This document shows, piece after piece, positions 8,690 to 18,483 of a stretch of 64,000 nucleotides of DNA. Both the position numbers and the translations under genes were made by a program. Numbering within the stretch: the stretch's first letter is position 1; the number at the start of each line of letters is the position of its first letter. The stretch comes from a virus. The DNA lies in the IMG/VR virus record IMGVR_UViG_3300036766_000548, positions 14,012-78,011 of that record. The stretch is one strand, 5' to 3'. The notes beneath the pieces are model-generated. The model was not told where the DNA came from and made no database searches. It was given only the letters and a program-made list of their open reading frames with translations.

Positions 8690-10456
8690 ATGAGAATAAT
8701 TTATGATAATTTAATAGATAGTTTGACATCAGGAAGTATAATAGCATCTAGTCAAGCAACAAATTATCCTATTACTAATATTCAAGATCAGAGGTTATCA
8801 ATAAAATATATTTCTTCTTCTTCCACTACACAAAGTATAACTATAACATTGCCTACTTTTCCAGAAATCCCCAATAACAGTGCTGGAACTTTTTTTAATA
8901 CGTCATTATCAACTGATTTTGCGAATTGGACAGCCGGAAATGGTACTATTTCTTTAGTAAATGATAAAATAAGATTATCTGCATCAACTGCGTCACCTTA
9001 TTTAGGTAAAGCAATTACATTTAATCCATCTATATATAATAATGTTGTGGCTAATTTTACTAGAATTTCGGGAACTGGGACAACAATAGAAGTAAATGTT
9101 TATAATCCAGGTATAAATAGAGTAACTTCATTGTCCGTTTTTTCTTCTTCAAAAGTTAATTCTACAAATGTGTTTGATTTATCCGCAATTACGACTACAA
9201 TAACATCTGTTTATTTTGTTGTAATTGATGGGTCTGCAACTGACATATGGGATTTTGCATTTTGTTATATTGGAACTGGTTTATATGATTCACAAATTAC
9301 TGATATCTCAAACAATACCAATACTTCTGTTTTATGTACTGGGGTCACTCCAAGTAAAGGGCCAAAAAATAAAGCTTTATTTTTTAATGGGCATTCTTGT
9401 CATTTTGACTTATCTACTGAAAAAATAATTTCTAGTTCTGGTTCTGTATCGTTTTGGTATAAATCAAAATATAATGTTAATCAAGTTTTAGCATCAACAA
9501 ATAGCGGATCTGCTTATTATTTATTTATTCTTAGCACCGGCAATTTTCAATTTTGTTTGGACAATGATTCGACTTATGCCATAGCTAGCGGTATTAATTA
9601 TATTTTATTTGATGATAGCTGGCATTTTTATACTTTCAATTTTTCATCAAGTGGGGCTACATTTACTAGAGATAATATAATAAAATATACTAATAGTACT
9701 GATTATTCAAATAATACTTGGCATTATCAATATTTTGGCTATTATAAATCAGGATCAAATACATGGCTCAAAGGGTCTATTTATGATTTTAGAATTTATT
9801 CTAGGGTTTTATCTGATATAGAAAAAAATAATTTATATCAATTAAAATCATTTTCAATGGAAAATTTTGGGTTAGAATATAGAATGGAAATAGATAGCTA
9901 TTTAGATGTAGATACAATAGCTATATTAGGACATAATTTTTTATCTGGTACAAAAATAAATATTCAAGCTATATTAGGTGATACTAATGAAAATTTAGTT
10001 ATAAATGATAATGTAATATTGAAATTCATTTCTTCAGAAATAAATAATGTATGGAAGCTTTCTTTTTCTGGGCAAGGTTCTATAGAAATAGGACGTTTAT
10101 GGATTGGGAAATATTTAACTATTGATCCTTCATCATTAATTGATTTTTCTGTAACTAAAAAACGTTCTGATAATGTTGTTCACGGGAAAAATAGGCAAAA
10201 ATTTGCCAGTATAGGTATAGGATGGAGAAAATTCAATTTGAGTTTTCCTCCAAGTAATGAAGCTATGTTATATTTAATAAATAAATTATATGATTCTGTT
10301 GGCAATCATTCTTCTTTTATATTTTGTAATTTTGATACCATTAGAGATTATTGTTTAGTCGAACCGTGTTATGTCAGTATAGCGGAGGAAATCGATTTTA
10401 ATCATGGTAATAGAGATAATTTTTCATATGAATTAATCATGGAGGAAGAAAAATAA
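8690..10456 (+). CDS. Distal-tail-like protein with internal LamG/concanavalin A-like domain
   Basis: Follows tape measure; WHFYTF...KGSIYDFRIYSRVLS LamG-3 signature in the middle. Confidence 0.65.
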   Translation: MRIIYDNLIDSLTSGSIIASSQATNYPITNIQDQRLSIKYISSSSTTQSITITLPTFPEIPNNSAGTFFNTSLSTDFANWTAGNGTISLVNDKIRLSASTASPYLGKAITFNPSIYNNVVANFTRISGTGTTIEVNVYNPGINRVTSLSVFSSSKVNSTNVFDLSAITTTITSVYFVVIDGSATDIWDFAFCYIGTGLYDSQITDISNNTNTSVLCTGVTPSKGPKNKALFFNGHSCHFDLSTEKIISSSGSVSFWYKSKYNVNQVLASTNSGSAYYLFILSTGNFQFCLDNDSTYAIASGINYILFDDSWHFYTFNFSSSGATFTRDNIIKYTNSTDYSNNTWHYQYFGYYKSGSNTWLKGSIYDFRIYSRVLSDIEKNNLYQLKSFSMENFGLEYRMEIDSYLDVDTIAILGHNFLSGTKINIQAILGDTNENLVINDNVILKFISSEINNVWKLSFSGQGSIEIGRLWIGKYLTIDPSSLIDFSVTKKRSDNVVHGKNRQKFASIGIGWRKFNLSFPPSNEAMLYLINKLYDSVGNHSSFIFCNFDTIRDYCLVEPCYVSIAEEIDFNHGNRDNFSYELIMEEEK

Positions 10457-11409
10457 TGGCCTTTACTCAAATTTCTACATCGGTAACCATAATCAATTCC
10501 GGTTTAATAGGATATGATGGAATATCACTTACTAATTTCACTACGTCTACAGTATCGGCAATAGCTTCAGGAAGTTCTATCGAAATAGCTGGGGCTTTTT
10601 TTAAGGCTGATTCAGACATAACTATAAATGCATCTTCGTGGACTGCTATAACAACGGCGACTACTGCTTATTTAGGATTGACTCCTTCTGGAACTGCTGG
10701 TAGTCAAATAATCACGGCGGAATGGTTTAGTTATGTTCCAGTATGGTCAACATCAAAACAAGGTTGGTATGCTAGCGCTGCATCGGTTTCTAGGGTAATA
10801 GGTTCCGCATATAAAAATAGTAATGCTTCATTAAATAAAAAAAATATATTTTGTAAAATATATCAATGGCAAGGGATGATAGAAAGAATAACTTCAGGCT
10901 CTGGTAATTGGATAGTCCCTGGGGGAGTTAGTAGAATTAGAGTAACTTGTGTTGGTGGTGGTGGAGGTGGTGGAGGGGCGGGATATTATGATCCATTTTC
11001 GGGTGGTGGTGGCGGCGGGACAAATATTTCTCTTGTGTTAGGAGACATTATTCCGGTAATTCCTGGACAAAGCTTTGCTTATTCTGTTGGCGCAGGAGGA
11101 GGTGAAGGTCTAAAAGGCGGGGATACTACTTTTAGTGGAGCGACTACTGGAATAGGAGGAGGTGGGGGTGGTATGGCTACTAATAATCATGGAGGTTCTG
11201 GAGGACGTGGTGGAGCTGGAGCAGGAAGAAGTGATGGAACTTGTGGAACCGAGGGGCTAATAGGAGGAACTGGAGGAGGGGCGGGCGGTAGCGGGAATGC
11301 CAATGCTATTTCTGAAGTTGGTTCTTATGGTGGTGGTGGCGGCGGTGGTGGTGGAGGTGGTGGTAGTGGCGGTGGTGGTGGCTCTGGTATAATTATAATA
11401 GAGTATTAA
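10456..11409 (+). CDS. Glycine-rich tail fiber/adhesin protein
   Basis: C-terminal Gly-rich domain (W.VPGGV..IRV.CVGGGGGGG...GGSGIIIIEY). Confidence 0.7.
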   Translation: MAFTQISTSVTIINSGLIGYDGISLTNFTTSTVSAIASGSSIEIAGAFFKADSDITINASSWTAITTATTAYLGLTPSGTAGSQIITAEWFSYVPVWSTSKQGWYASAASVSRVIGSAYKNSNASLNKKNIFCKIYQWQGMIERITSGSGNWIVPGGVSRIRVTCVGGGGGGGGAGYYDPFSGGGGGGTNISLVLGDIIPVIPGQSFAYSVGAGGGEGLKGGDTTFSGATTGIGGGGGGMATNNHGGSGGRGGAGAGRSDGTCGTEGLIGGTGGGAGGSGNANAISEVGSYGGGGGGGGGGGGSGGGGGSGIIIIEY

Positions 11410-11410
11410 T

Positions 11411-12862
11411 ATGTCTTTTTCTGATTATGCAAATAAATCTGTAAATAATCTCAGAACATTAGTTCAATTAGATATATCCAAAATTAATTTACAATGGGTA
11501 AATGCAGGCGCGGGAATATGGTATGTTAATTTCGATGGTTTATATCCAGAAGTAGGGCCTCCAGGCGATGATTTATTACAAGGATTTACTTCACAATCTT
11601 TCGGAGATATTGGTTCAGTACTTGTAGATACGATTTCATATACAAAAGTAGATTCGTTACTATCTGTAACATCTAATAACATTTCTTTTTATTATGACGA
11701 TACCAATAAAGAAGTATATGTCCATTTTATAAATAATGACGAACCATTTATTCATGATGTTTGGCTTAGTATTATTTATGGGTTTTCATATAATGATTTT
11801 ATTCCAATAGGTTCTAATACTTTTTATGATGGTAGGATAACTGATGATATTTCTTTTTCGGAATCTCGTGATCCTTTATTTTTTGGTAAAATGCAATATA
11901 ATATAGGTTCTGTTACATTGAATAATTCTGATGGATATTTTGATACCTTCCAGAATAACTTATTTTATGGCAATCCAATAAGATTTTTGCTTGGATTTTC
12001 TGAATTGGATATTGATGATTATATAACTGTCGCTAGTGGAATAATTGAAAAAATAAATATATCAGAAGATAAGGCGACTATAAGCTTATCCGATAAAAGG
12101 AAAACACTTTCCAAGAACATAACATATTCATGTACGAATAAAAATGCCCTTGAAGTCATTAGGGAACTGCTTCTAACTCATTATAATGCATATTATGATT
12201 CAAGTTATTATGATATGACAGCATGGGGAATTGCCGAAGCTGTTGCTCCAAATATTACTATAGATATCGCGCCTGGAAAGGGTATGGAAGATTCCGACGT
12301 AATAGATATTATTGAAATGATATGTACATCTATATTTGGATTATTCAAAATAACGCCAGAAAATAAGTATTCATTTAAGATTGTAGATACAACTGCCTCT
12401 TCTTTATCTACAATAATAAATAACGATATTATAGGAAACAACTCTGTAGATTACGATCCTTATGAAGTTATATCTTCTGCTAAAATAGGTTATAATAAAA
12501 ATTGGAATGAAGGTTATACTTCTCCATATACTTTTTATTATGATACTTCTTATGAAAACTCAGTATTTTTATTATATAAGGTATATAATCAAAAACAGTT
12601 TAATACGGTATTAATTGATACCTCTGCGCTGACAGTCATAAAGGCTTTTTCAAATACCATCTTAAATTATTCAAAGGACGTACATGGAATTGGTAGTATA
12701 AAAATACCAATTAAATATTATGAAATTGAGGTAGGTGATATTTATGACATAGAAATAAACAGGGAAACCACTACTATGTTAGGGACTAAAAAATGTGAAA
12801 TATTATCTAAAAGTACATCTATATATGATGGATTTATAACTTGTGGATATAGAATTATATAA
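11411..12862 (+). CDS. Tail tip/baseplate hub protein
   Basis: Last large gene of the tail module; beta-rich. Confidence 0.55.
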   Translation: MSFSDYANKSVNNLRTLVQLDISKINLQWVNAGAGIWYVNFDGLYPEVGPPGDDLLQGFTSQSFGDIGSVLVDTISYTKVDSLLSVTSNNISFYYDDTNKEVYVHFINNDEPFIHDVWLSIIYGFSYNDFIPIGSNTFYDGRITDDISFSESRDPLFFGKMQYNIGSVTLNNSDGYFDTFQNNLFYGNPIRFLLGFSELDIDDYITVASGIIEKINISEDKATISLSDKRKTLSKNITYSCTNKNALEVIRELLLTHYNAYYDSSYYDMTAWGIAEAVAPNITIDIAPGKGMEDSDVIDIIEMICTSIFGLFKITPENKYSFKIVDTTASSLSTIINNDIIGNNSVDYDPYEVISSAKIGYNKNWNEGYTSPYTFYYDTSYENSVFLLYKVYNQKQFNTVLIDTSALTVIKAFSNTILNYSKDVHGIGSIKIPIKYYEIEVGDIYDIEINRETTTMLGTKKCEILSKSTSIYDGFITCGYRII

Positions 12863-12871
12863 GGAGATCGT

Positions 12872-13267
12872 ATGGAACTAAGAAAATTTCTTTCACAAAT
12901 CCCATTTCTTTGTGAGGCTAAAAATGCCGCTAGGTGGTCGAGATTAATTGAATTGCAGTATGATGATGAATTGGAAAATGAGAATAGTGTATTTGCCTTG
13001 AATGAAGATGATATGCTTGAACCATCGAACAGAATGGAAACGGCATTTGGGTTTAGTGGGAATATAGAAAAGAATAATCATTGTAAAACTATTGTCGAAT
13101 TATTAATGCTTTTACATTATAAGAATAATCATAATGTGGCTGTATATGATAATAGAATAAAAGAACTTATGTTTTTTATTGAAGAAACAGAGAAGAACTA
13201 TCCAGAAATTTATACTATGGCGCCTTCTTCTGAATTGTCTGCAATGTCGTGGTGGGATGGAGAATAA
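12872..13267 (+). CDS. Hypothetical protein
   Basis: AAGGAG RBS, 131 aa. Confidence 0.6.
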   Translation: MELRKFLSQIPFLCEAKNAARWSRLIELQYDDELENENSVFALNEDDMLEPSNRMETAFGFSGNIEKNNHCKTIVELLMLLHYKNNHNVAVYDNRIKELMFFIEETEKNYPEIYTMAPSSELSAMSWWDGE

Positions 13268-13272
13268 GTAAT

Positions 13273-13905
13273 ATGGAAAATAAAGTACAAGTACGAATTG
13301 GTAAGATATTGGCGATTTTTTGTCTTGTACTTTATTTTTCTAAATTAATTATATACATTACAAATAACACTTCGTTACTAAAAATGTTCGATATTCATAA
13401 TTTAACTTTTATTGTTTTATTTTTTGTGTTTATAATTACTGTTTTTTGGAATCATGTAATTGCCAGAATTATACAATGTTTATCTATTTTTCTTTGTTCT
13501 ATTTTTTCTTTATGTTTTAATCCAATTAATTGCTTCTTTGGATTAGGAATGATAATCATATTACTTATTCTAATATATACATATGAATTTTTTACTAAAT
13601 ATGGATTATTGAAATATTGTTTATTGAATATTATTTTTTATATAGTATTCATATTTATTTGTTTAGTAAATATATCTCATAAATATATACATAGTTTTGA
13701 ATGGTTATTGTTTATTAATATTTTTATTTTTATCTTATGGTGTATTTCAAAAGAGGCGTTAGAAAGACTCGAAAATAAAGAAAATCTAGAAAAAGATAAA
13801 TTGATTCATTTATTAGATGAAGTTAAAGAATTGGCAAAAGATATATTAAGTGCTTATGAGGGGTACCTTAACAAATATGATAAAAATGAGGAACATAAAT
13901 TATGA
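13273..13905 (+). CDS. Multi-pass membrane protein with C-terminal coiled coil
   Basis: About six hydrophobic segments, then a charged helix. Confidence 0.65.
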   Translation: MENKVQVRIGKILAIFCLVLYFSKLIIYITNNTSLLKMFDIHNLTFIVLFFVFIITVFWNHVIARIIQCLSIFLCSIFSLCFNPINCFFGLGMIIILLILIYTYEFFTKYGLLKYCLLNIIFYIVFIFICLVNISHKYIHSFEWLLFINIFIFILWCISKEALERLENKENLEKDKLIHLLDEVKELAKDILSAYEGYLNKYDKNEEHKL

Positions 13906-14222
13906 GTACAACAGATATAGATATAGAAAACCTAAAAACAAGAATGTTCATCATAGAAGGAGAAATAGACGATGTAAAAAAAGAACAAGGAGAACAAAGA
14001 AAAGCTATGCATGAAGCGGCTATGGAGAGTGAAAAGATGAGTGGTAAAATAGAAGCCATTAAATCCATACTGGAAGAAATGGCGAAAGCTAAAATAAGAG
14101 GCGTTGATATTATAATAGCTATAGGAGTATTGTTAGTTGGAGCGATGTCTGCTTATGCAGCAATACAAAATAATTCAATCGCTACAGCCATGTTTGAATT
14201 GTCAAAACATACAATAAAATAA
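13902..14222 (+). CDS. Coiled-coil plus single-TM protein (holin/XhlA-like lysis accessory)
   Basis: N-terminal coiled coil, C-terminal TM, directly upstream of the endolysin. Confidence 0.5.
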   Translation: MSTTDIDIENLKTRMFIIEGEIDDVKKEQGEQRKAMHEAAMESEKMSGKIEAIKSILEEMAKAKIRGVDIIIAIGVLLVGAMSAYAAIQNNSIATAMFELSKHTIK

Positions 14223-14234
14223 AAGAGGCAATAT

Positions 14235-14723
14235 TTGAGTGTTTATTTAGAAGAACTAAGAGACGAAGAAACTAAAAATAGATTTATCGATTTAGAAGCT
14301 ACATTTAATGCACAAGGAATGCGATATATACGATGGGCAACAATAAGATTTGATAAAGAGCAATATGCATTATGGTGCCAAGGTAGGAAACCATTATACG
14401 AAACAAATAACAATAGGATAGAAGCAGGGTTGTCAATAATATCAGAAAGCGAAAATAAAAACATTGTTACATCTTGTGATGGGTATAAGATAAAATCTCA
14501 ACATCAATTTGGCAATGCTGTAGATTATGTAATATTAGATAGACGGGGGAATCCTACTTGGGACTATATTAATTTTGCTTCAGAATATAGGGCATTGCGC
14601 GATATTGGAACTACATTAGGATTTAATTGCGGGGGTTCCTGGATGAAGCATTCTGATAGTAAAGATTCTGAATATATAAAAGTAAACCTTGGATGGGACC
14701 CTCCACATATTCAATTAGGATAA
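14235..14723 (+). CDS. Endolysin, M15-family peptidase
   Basis: R...EQ..L..QGR, SQHQFGNAVD (SxHxxGxAxD) and WDPPHIQL zinc motifs. Confidence 0.9.
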   Translation: MSVYLEELRDEETKNRFIDLEATFNAQGMRYIRWATIRFDKEQYALWCQGRKPLYETNNNRIEAGLSIISESENKNIVTSCDGYKIKSQHQFGNAVDYVILDRRGNPTWDYINFASEYRALRDIGTTLGFNCGGSWMKHSDSKDSEYIKVNLGWDPPHIQLG

Positions 14724-14726
14724 ATC

Positions 14727-15062
14727 ATGAGTAAAATAAAACAATTCTGGAACAAGTTTTTTGATTTACTGGATGATATATTAGCCTACATATTAACAAT
14801 TATAGGCATATTATGTTCTAATTATTTACCATTGTTAAAAAGTAATGAAGAAATAAATATAAATATAGGAATATGGAAAATCGTTCTGGCATCGATTGTA
14901 GCATTAATGATAATAGGCAGACAGGAAAATCTTGACATAGACGAAAACGGGTCCAAAATAAAGGCCAAGGAAGGAAGAAAGAAACGTTTCTTTAGTCGGA
15001 TGATGAATGCTTTAGCCCAAGGGATTATGTGGAATCAATTGATGCAGCTAGCGTCTAATTGA
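14727..15062 (+). CDS. Putative holin
   Basis: Two TM segments plus a basic tail, after the endolysin. Confidence 0.55.
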   Translation: MSKIKQFWNKFFDLLDDILAYILTIIGILCSNYLPLLKSNEEININIGIWKIVLASIVALMIIGRQENLDIDENGSKIKAKEGRKKRFFSRMMNALAQGIMWNQLMQLASN

Positions 15063-15138
15063 AAAATATATTTCTATAAAAATTAAATTAATATTAAGGT
15101 TCAATAAGCTTGTCATATAGAATATCGTTTTCTCTTAC

Positions 15139-15170
15139 AAAACGTCGCTATCAAATGATTTAATGGGTTT
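15139..15170. repeat. Dispersed repeat, copy 1 (inverted copy at 47657-47688)
   Basis: AAAACGTC-N4-TCAAATGATTTAATGGGTTT; 28/32 identical to the reverse complement of 47657-47688. Confidence 0.75.
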
Positions 15171-15187
15171 GCGGGCATATTTTAGAG

Positions 15188-15415
15188 TTAATTTTTATCA
15201 TCTATCCAAATTCTGGTAAACTCTTGATTCTTATTCCATTTATATATTTCTCTAGCACAAAATCTACAAACACACGCCCCAGTTATATCAGATTGATATA
15301 TTGCCTTGTTCGTACAACGATGTACCGCTCTGCTTTGTATTTCAGGCCCATACCATCTTTCACATATTTTTTCATTTCTTTTTGGGAATTTAAGTTCAGG
15401 ATTTTTTATTTTCAT
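15188..15415 (-). CDS. Hypothetical Cys-containing protein
   Basis: 75-aa ORF coupled to the upstream gene. Confidence 0.55.
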   Translation of the reverse strand: MKIKNPELKFPKRNEKICERWYGPEIQSRAVHRCTNKAIYQSDITGACVCRFCAREIYKWNKNQEFTRIWIDDKN

Positions 15416-15942
15416 CTAAATAAATCTTTATATGTTTTATAAGATGCATTTGTTATTCTTTTAGCAAATTTTCTTGTACTATTTGGAACGTTATTAATAT
15501 ATCCACAATTATAATAATACAATGCATGTTTCCAATTGCCAAATCGTTTATGTAAATCCGATAGATAATGTAACGACACTATAGAATTATAAATAGGATT
15601 ATAAATATCAAAAACGGTATTTGTATTCCAATATTTCCATAATAAATAATTGTAGTTTTTGGGTTCGGTATATATCTGGAATAATCCTTTCGCCTTATAC
15701 CCATTTACGATTTGGCCATCTTGAAGTTCATCGCAGGATGATTCTTCTATCATCAATTGTGATGTTATTGAAAATGGTATATTATATGCTTTTCCTATTA
15801 TCAATATCATATAATATTCTTTTTCCGTCAATGCAAATAATGGCAAAGATAGAATAAACACGATTGTAATTAATATAAAATTACGAATAGAATCGCTCCT
15901 CGTTAAAAATGATTTTTCATTTGGCATTAAGAAGATTTTCAA
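15412..15942 (-). CDS. Lytic transglycosylase (SLT domain) with N-terminal hydrophobic anchor
   Basis: EESS, AKGLFQI and ALYYYNCG motifs. Confidence 0.8.
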   Translation of the reverse strand: MKIFLMPNEKSFLTRSDSIRNFILITIVFILSLPLFALTEKEYYMILIIGKAYNIPFSITSQLMIEESSCDELQDGQIVNGYKAKGLFQIYTEPKNYNYLLWKYWNTNTVFDIYNPIYNSIVSLHYLSDLHKRFGNWKHALYYYNCGYINNVPNSTRKFAKRITNASYKTYKDLFR

Positions 15943-16337
15943 TAATGGATCTCCTCCATATGCAACAATCCATCGTCACCTGAAAAAAATATATATTTTA
16001 TGGAAGCTTCGCGTATCGCCAAATTGCATATATTGCAAGGCCGAGCCATTCTCACAAGTCCAGTTGATGTCATTCTCACAACTATTATAGATTCTACCTT
16101 GCTTCTGTTTTTTACCAGTGATGCGATTTCGGCATGAAGATATTCCCTATTCCTTGTTCCAGCTTTTATTGATAAACGACTTTGCATGGGATGGGTTTTC
16201 TGATAACTATTCTCACCAATTGAAATAATATTGTTATGATGATCGAGCGAAGCGGCTATTACCCAGTATTTTTTACTTGAATCGATAGTAGGCGAAAGAG
16301 TATCAATCAATTTTTGGTAGACTTTTTCTAGCTTCAT
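15939..16337 (-). CDS. Cytidine/deoxycytidylate deaminase-like protein
   Basis: HAE and PCxxC (RPCNIC) zinc motifs. Confidence 0.8.
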   Translation of the reverse strand: MKLEKVYQKLIDTLSPTIDSSKKYWVIAASLDHHNNIISIGENSYQKTHPMQSRLSIKAGTRNREYLHAEIASLVKNRSKVESIIVVRMTSTGLVRMARPCNICNLAIREASIKYIFFSGDDGLLHMEEIHY

Positions 16338-16498
16338 TTTAACACTATGTTACTTTTATCTTCATCTATTTCTATTTCAGCAATACAATCACCAGCATAA
16401 TCTCCTTTCATACAATAAGGATCAATTCCATATTTATTACAATATTCATCCCACAAATATAATTTAACTAAGTCCCTATATTTAACATTAATTTTCAT
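16334..16498 (-). CDS. Small hypothetical protein (54 aa) flanked by 25-bp direct repeats
   Basis: MKINVKYRDL...NIVLK; repeats at 16317-16341 and 16518-16542. Confidence 0.55.
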   Translation of the reverse strand: MKINVKYRDLVKLYLWDEYCNKYGIDPYCMKGDYAGDCIAEIEIDEDKSNIVLK

Positions 16499-16539
16499 TT
16501 CAATACATCGCTATTTAGTAGACTTTTTCTAGTTTCATT

Positions 16540-16794
16540 TTATTCTTGAAAATACAGGGGATATTCCCAAAAACCACAATCATCTAATTTACCATATCCT
16601 CTAGTTATAGTTATTGACTCATCTATTCCAGTTGCACATTTATATTTTATTCCAGCAAAATATCTATTTATTGCCGTAGGATGTGATTTATGAATATCTA
16701 TCAATCTTTCCATCTCTTGATTTATGGGCGGATTGACTTCTGGGTGTTCTCTACCAAATTGCTTTAATTGTTCTTGGAATAAGCTCATTTTCAT
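16540..16794 (-). CDS. Hypothetical protein
   Basis: 84 aa with AGGAGG RBS. Confidence 0.6.
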   Translation of the reverse strand: MKMSLFQEQLKQFGREHPEVNPPINQEMERLIDIHKSHPTAINRYFAGIKYKCATGIDESITITRGYGKLDDCGFWEYPLYFQE

Positions 16795-17137
16795 TCCTCC
16801 TTAATATCGATGTAGTCCCGATATTGAATTATCCTCAGTGAAAATGCCTTTAACCTAATCCACGGCATTAGGTACTTTTCCACATCCGCGCATAATTGCA
16901 AGGCATACAGTTGTACTTCTGTCGCCTCGCAGTTTTTGCTTCGCTCATTGTGGCAGGCTTGGCGAAGCTTGGAAATTAGGTTAGTCATATTATCTAAATA
17001 CCTTGGCCCAAGCCTCGGCGGCTTTCGTATATTCTTCATCAGAACAATTCTGTACTTTTTGGCCGCTCTGGAATTTCTTAAGCTTGCCTGATTTGGTTTG
17101 ATAATAATTCCAACCATTCCAACTAAACTGCATATCT

Positions 17138-17174
17138 TCCTCCTATCAATCAACCTTAATAATATTATATCATA
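17138..17174 (-). promoter_or_regulatory. Repeated promoter+RBS cassette, type 1
   Basis: Minus strand TATGATATAATATTATTAAGGTTGATTGATAGGAGGA; 36/37 identical to 47008-47044. Confidence 0.75.
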
Positions 17175-17211
17175 TATTCGTTTGATTGAAACATTTATTT
17201 TCATTTTATTT

Positions 17212-17391
17212 TCAGTAATTTACCATATAAAGATACTGGGCAGCTATCAATGCCGCTTCAGGATGTTTTACTATATAGGCTTTCCTAGCTTTCTGAGCAG
17301 TTTCGGCTTTGATAGTCTCATGCGCCCAGTCCTTATACATTGCATAATCGCTAGGCTTCTTGTCACACTGAAATACATCATAAGCTTTCAT
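17212..17391 (-). CDS. Small hypothetical protein (59 aa), possibly leaderless
   Basis: MKAYDVFQCD...YMVNY; ATG lies 6 nt after a TATAAT, no SD. Confidence 0.5.
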   Translation of the reverse strand: MKAYDVFQCDKKPSDYAMYKDWAHETIKAETAQKARKAYIVKHPEAALIAAQYLYMVNY

Positions 17392-17566
17392 ACTTATATT
17401 ATATATTATTTTGAAAAGTAAAACATAGAATAAAATATTTTATAGATGATTTTTCATATATTTATATTATAAATCTTAATATTCTACTTATTAAATGTTA
17501 AGTATTTTCAATCGTTCCCGGCCCTATACTACTTTATACTGTTTCCTATGCAAAATCGATCCTAGG

Positions 17567-17956
17567 CTATTCTGCATTTAACATAGCGATCTTTTTAGCA
17601 TATTTCCTAATCAGCTTTTCATACTTTGCCCTGTCGTATTCACAAGGTATTAGAGAATCCATATATAGCTTTTCCATGAATGCCTTTGAATGATTGTTAT
17701 ACATCCATCTGGCGTAATCAGGCGCTCGGCCATGATGGTGCTTGTAGTGGATTGAGCGGTTCATGGCATTGGCATTCCGCTCGTCAAATCTAAGGTTCGG
17801 GCTTTGCATATAATCATAATAATGTGAGCAATGCAGATGATCCTTCAAGCCGGATAAAATGCATTGCCCATCGCGGAGGCGGATATAATTGTTAAATAAT
17901 TTGTCTAACTTGTTCCGTAATGATTTTAATGATGGGGGCTTTTTAATCTTCTTCAA
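17567..17956 (-). CDS. NinG/Rap-like HNH-fold nuclease
   Basis: KLDKLFNNYIRLRD..C...HCSHY...NLRFDERN matches the lambda NinG pattern. Confidence 0.8.
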   Translation of the reverse strand: MKKIKKPPSLKSLRNKLDKLFNNYIRLRDGQCILSGLKDHLHCSHYYDYMQSPNLRFDERNANAMNRSIHYKHHHGRAPDYARWMYNNHSKAFMEKLYMDSLIPCEYDRAKYEKLIRKYAKKIAMLNAE

Positions 17957-18105
17957 ATTTATAACTTTCTCTTTGTTCAGAATGAATCTTTAATAAATTA
18001 TCCAATCTGTTGTTTTCATTTCCTCGATCCGATAATTCTTTATATTGTTTCCAAAGTAAGGCATATCTACCCGTCCAATAATAAACTTGATTTTCTAATA
18101 TTTCT

Positions 18106-18339
18106 TTATCGCTTTTCATTTTCTATCTCCTTGAAATATTCCTTGTTGATACTTTCAAATCCCAACAATATGAAATACTTGAATGCGTCAAAATTGATAG
18201 CATCTATGTTCATCACCATTTCGCTAATGGCATTCATCTTGCCGACTTTCAATGACAACCTATTCCACTGTACCCATACTTCATATAATTGTTTCTTGTC
18301 TATGCCGAATTGATTAAGGTCAGATAGTTTATTTTTCAT
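18106..18339 (-). CDS. Hypothetical protein
   Basis: 77-aa ORF in the minus-strand operon. Confidence 0.5.
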   Translation of the reverse strand: MKNKLSDLNQFGIDKKQLYEVWVQWNRLSLKVGKMNAISEMVMNIDAINFDAFKYFILLGFESINKEYFKEIENEKR

Positions 18340-18483
18340 AAATCTTCCCTAATTGTACAAAATATAGTCATCATCCCAAATAATAATGCCATGCCTAAGA
18401 ATAAATCGAAATGAGGTTGATTATTAAATATTAAAATCATAGAGGCAATTATAAACAATACAGTTATTATTAAACAGAATATT

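Noticed and set aside
8690-12862. Diversity-generating retroelement targeting tail genes
   Set aside because: No reverse transcriptase and no template/variable repeat pair noticed in the window.
16791-17204. 137-aa ORF as listed in the track
   Set aside because: Its 5' part spans a promoter-RBS cassette. It is better read as a short ORF starting at 17133 (MQFSWNG...) in another frame plus a C-terminal ORF starting at MTNLIS.
17236-17330. Structured ncRNA (CTGGGC..CTATCAA / TTGATAG..GCCCAG)
   Set aside because: It lies within a plausible 59-aa minus-strand ORF, and the pairing is short and interrupted.
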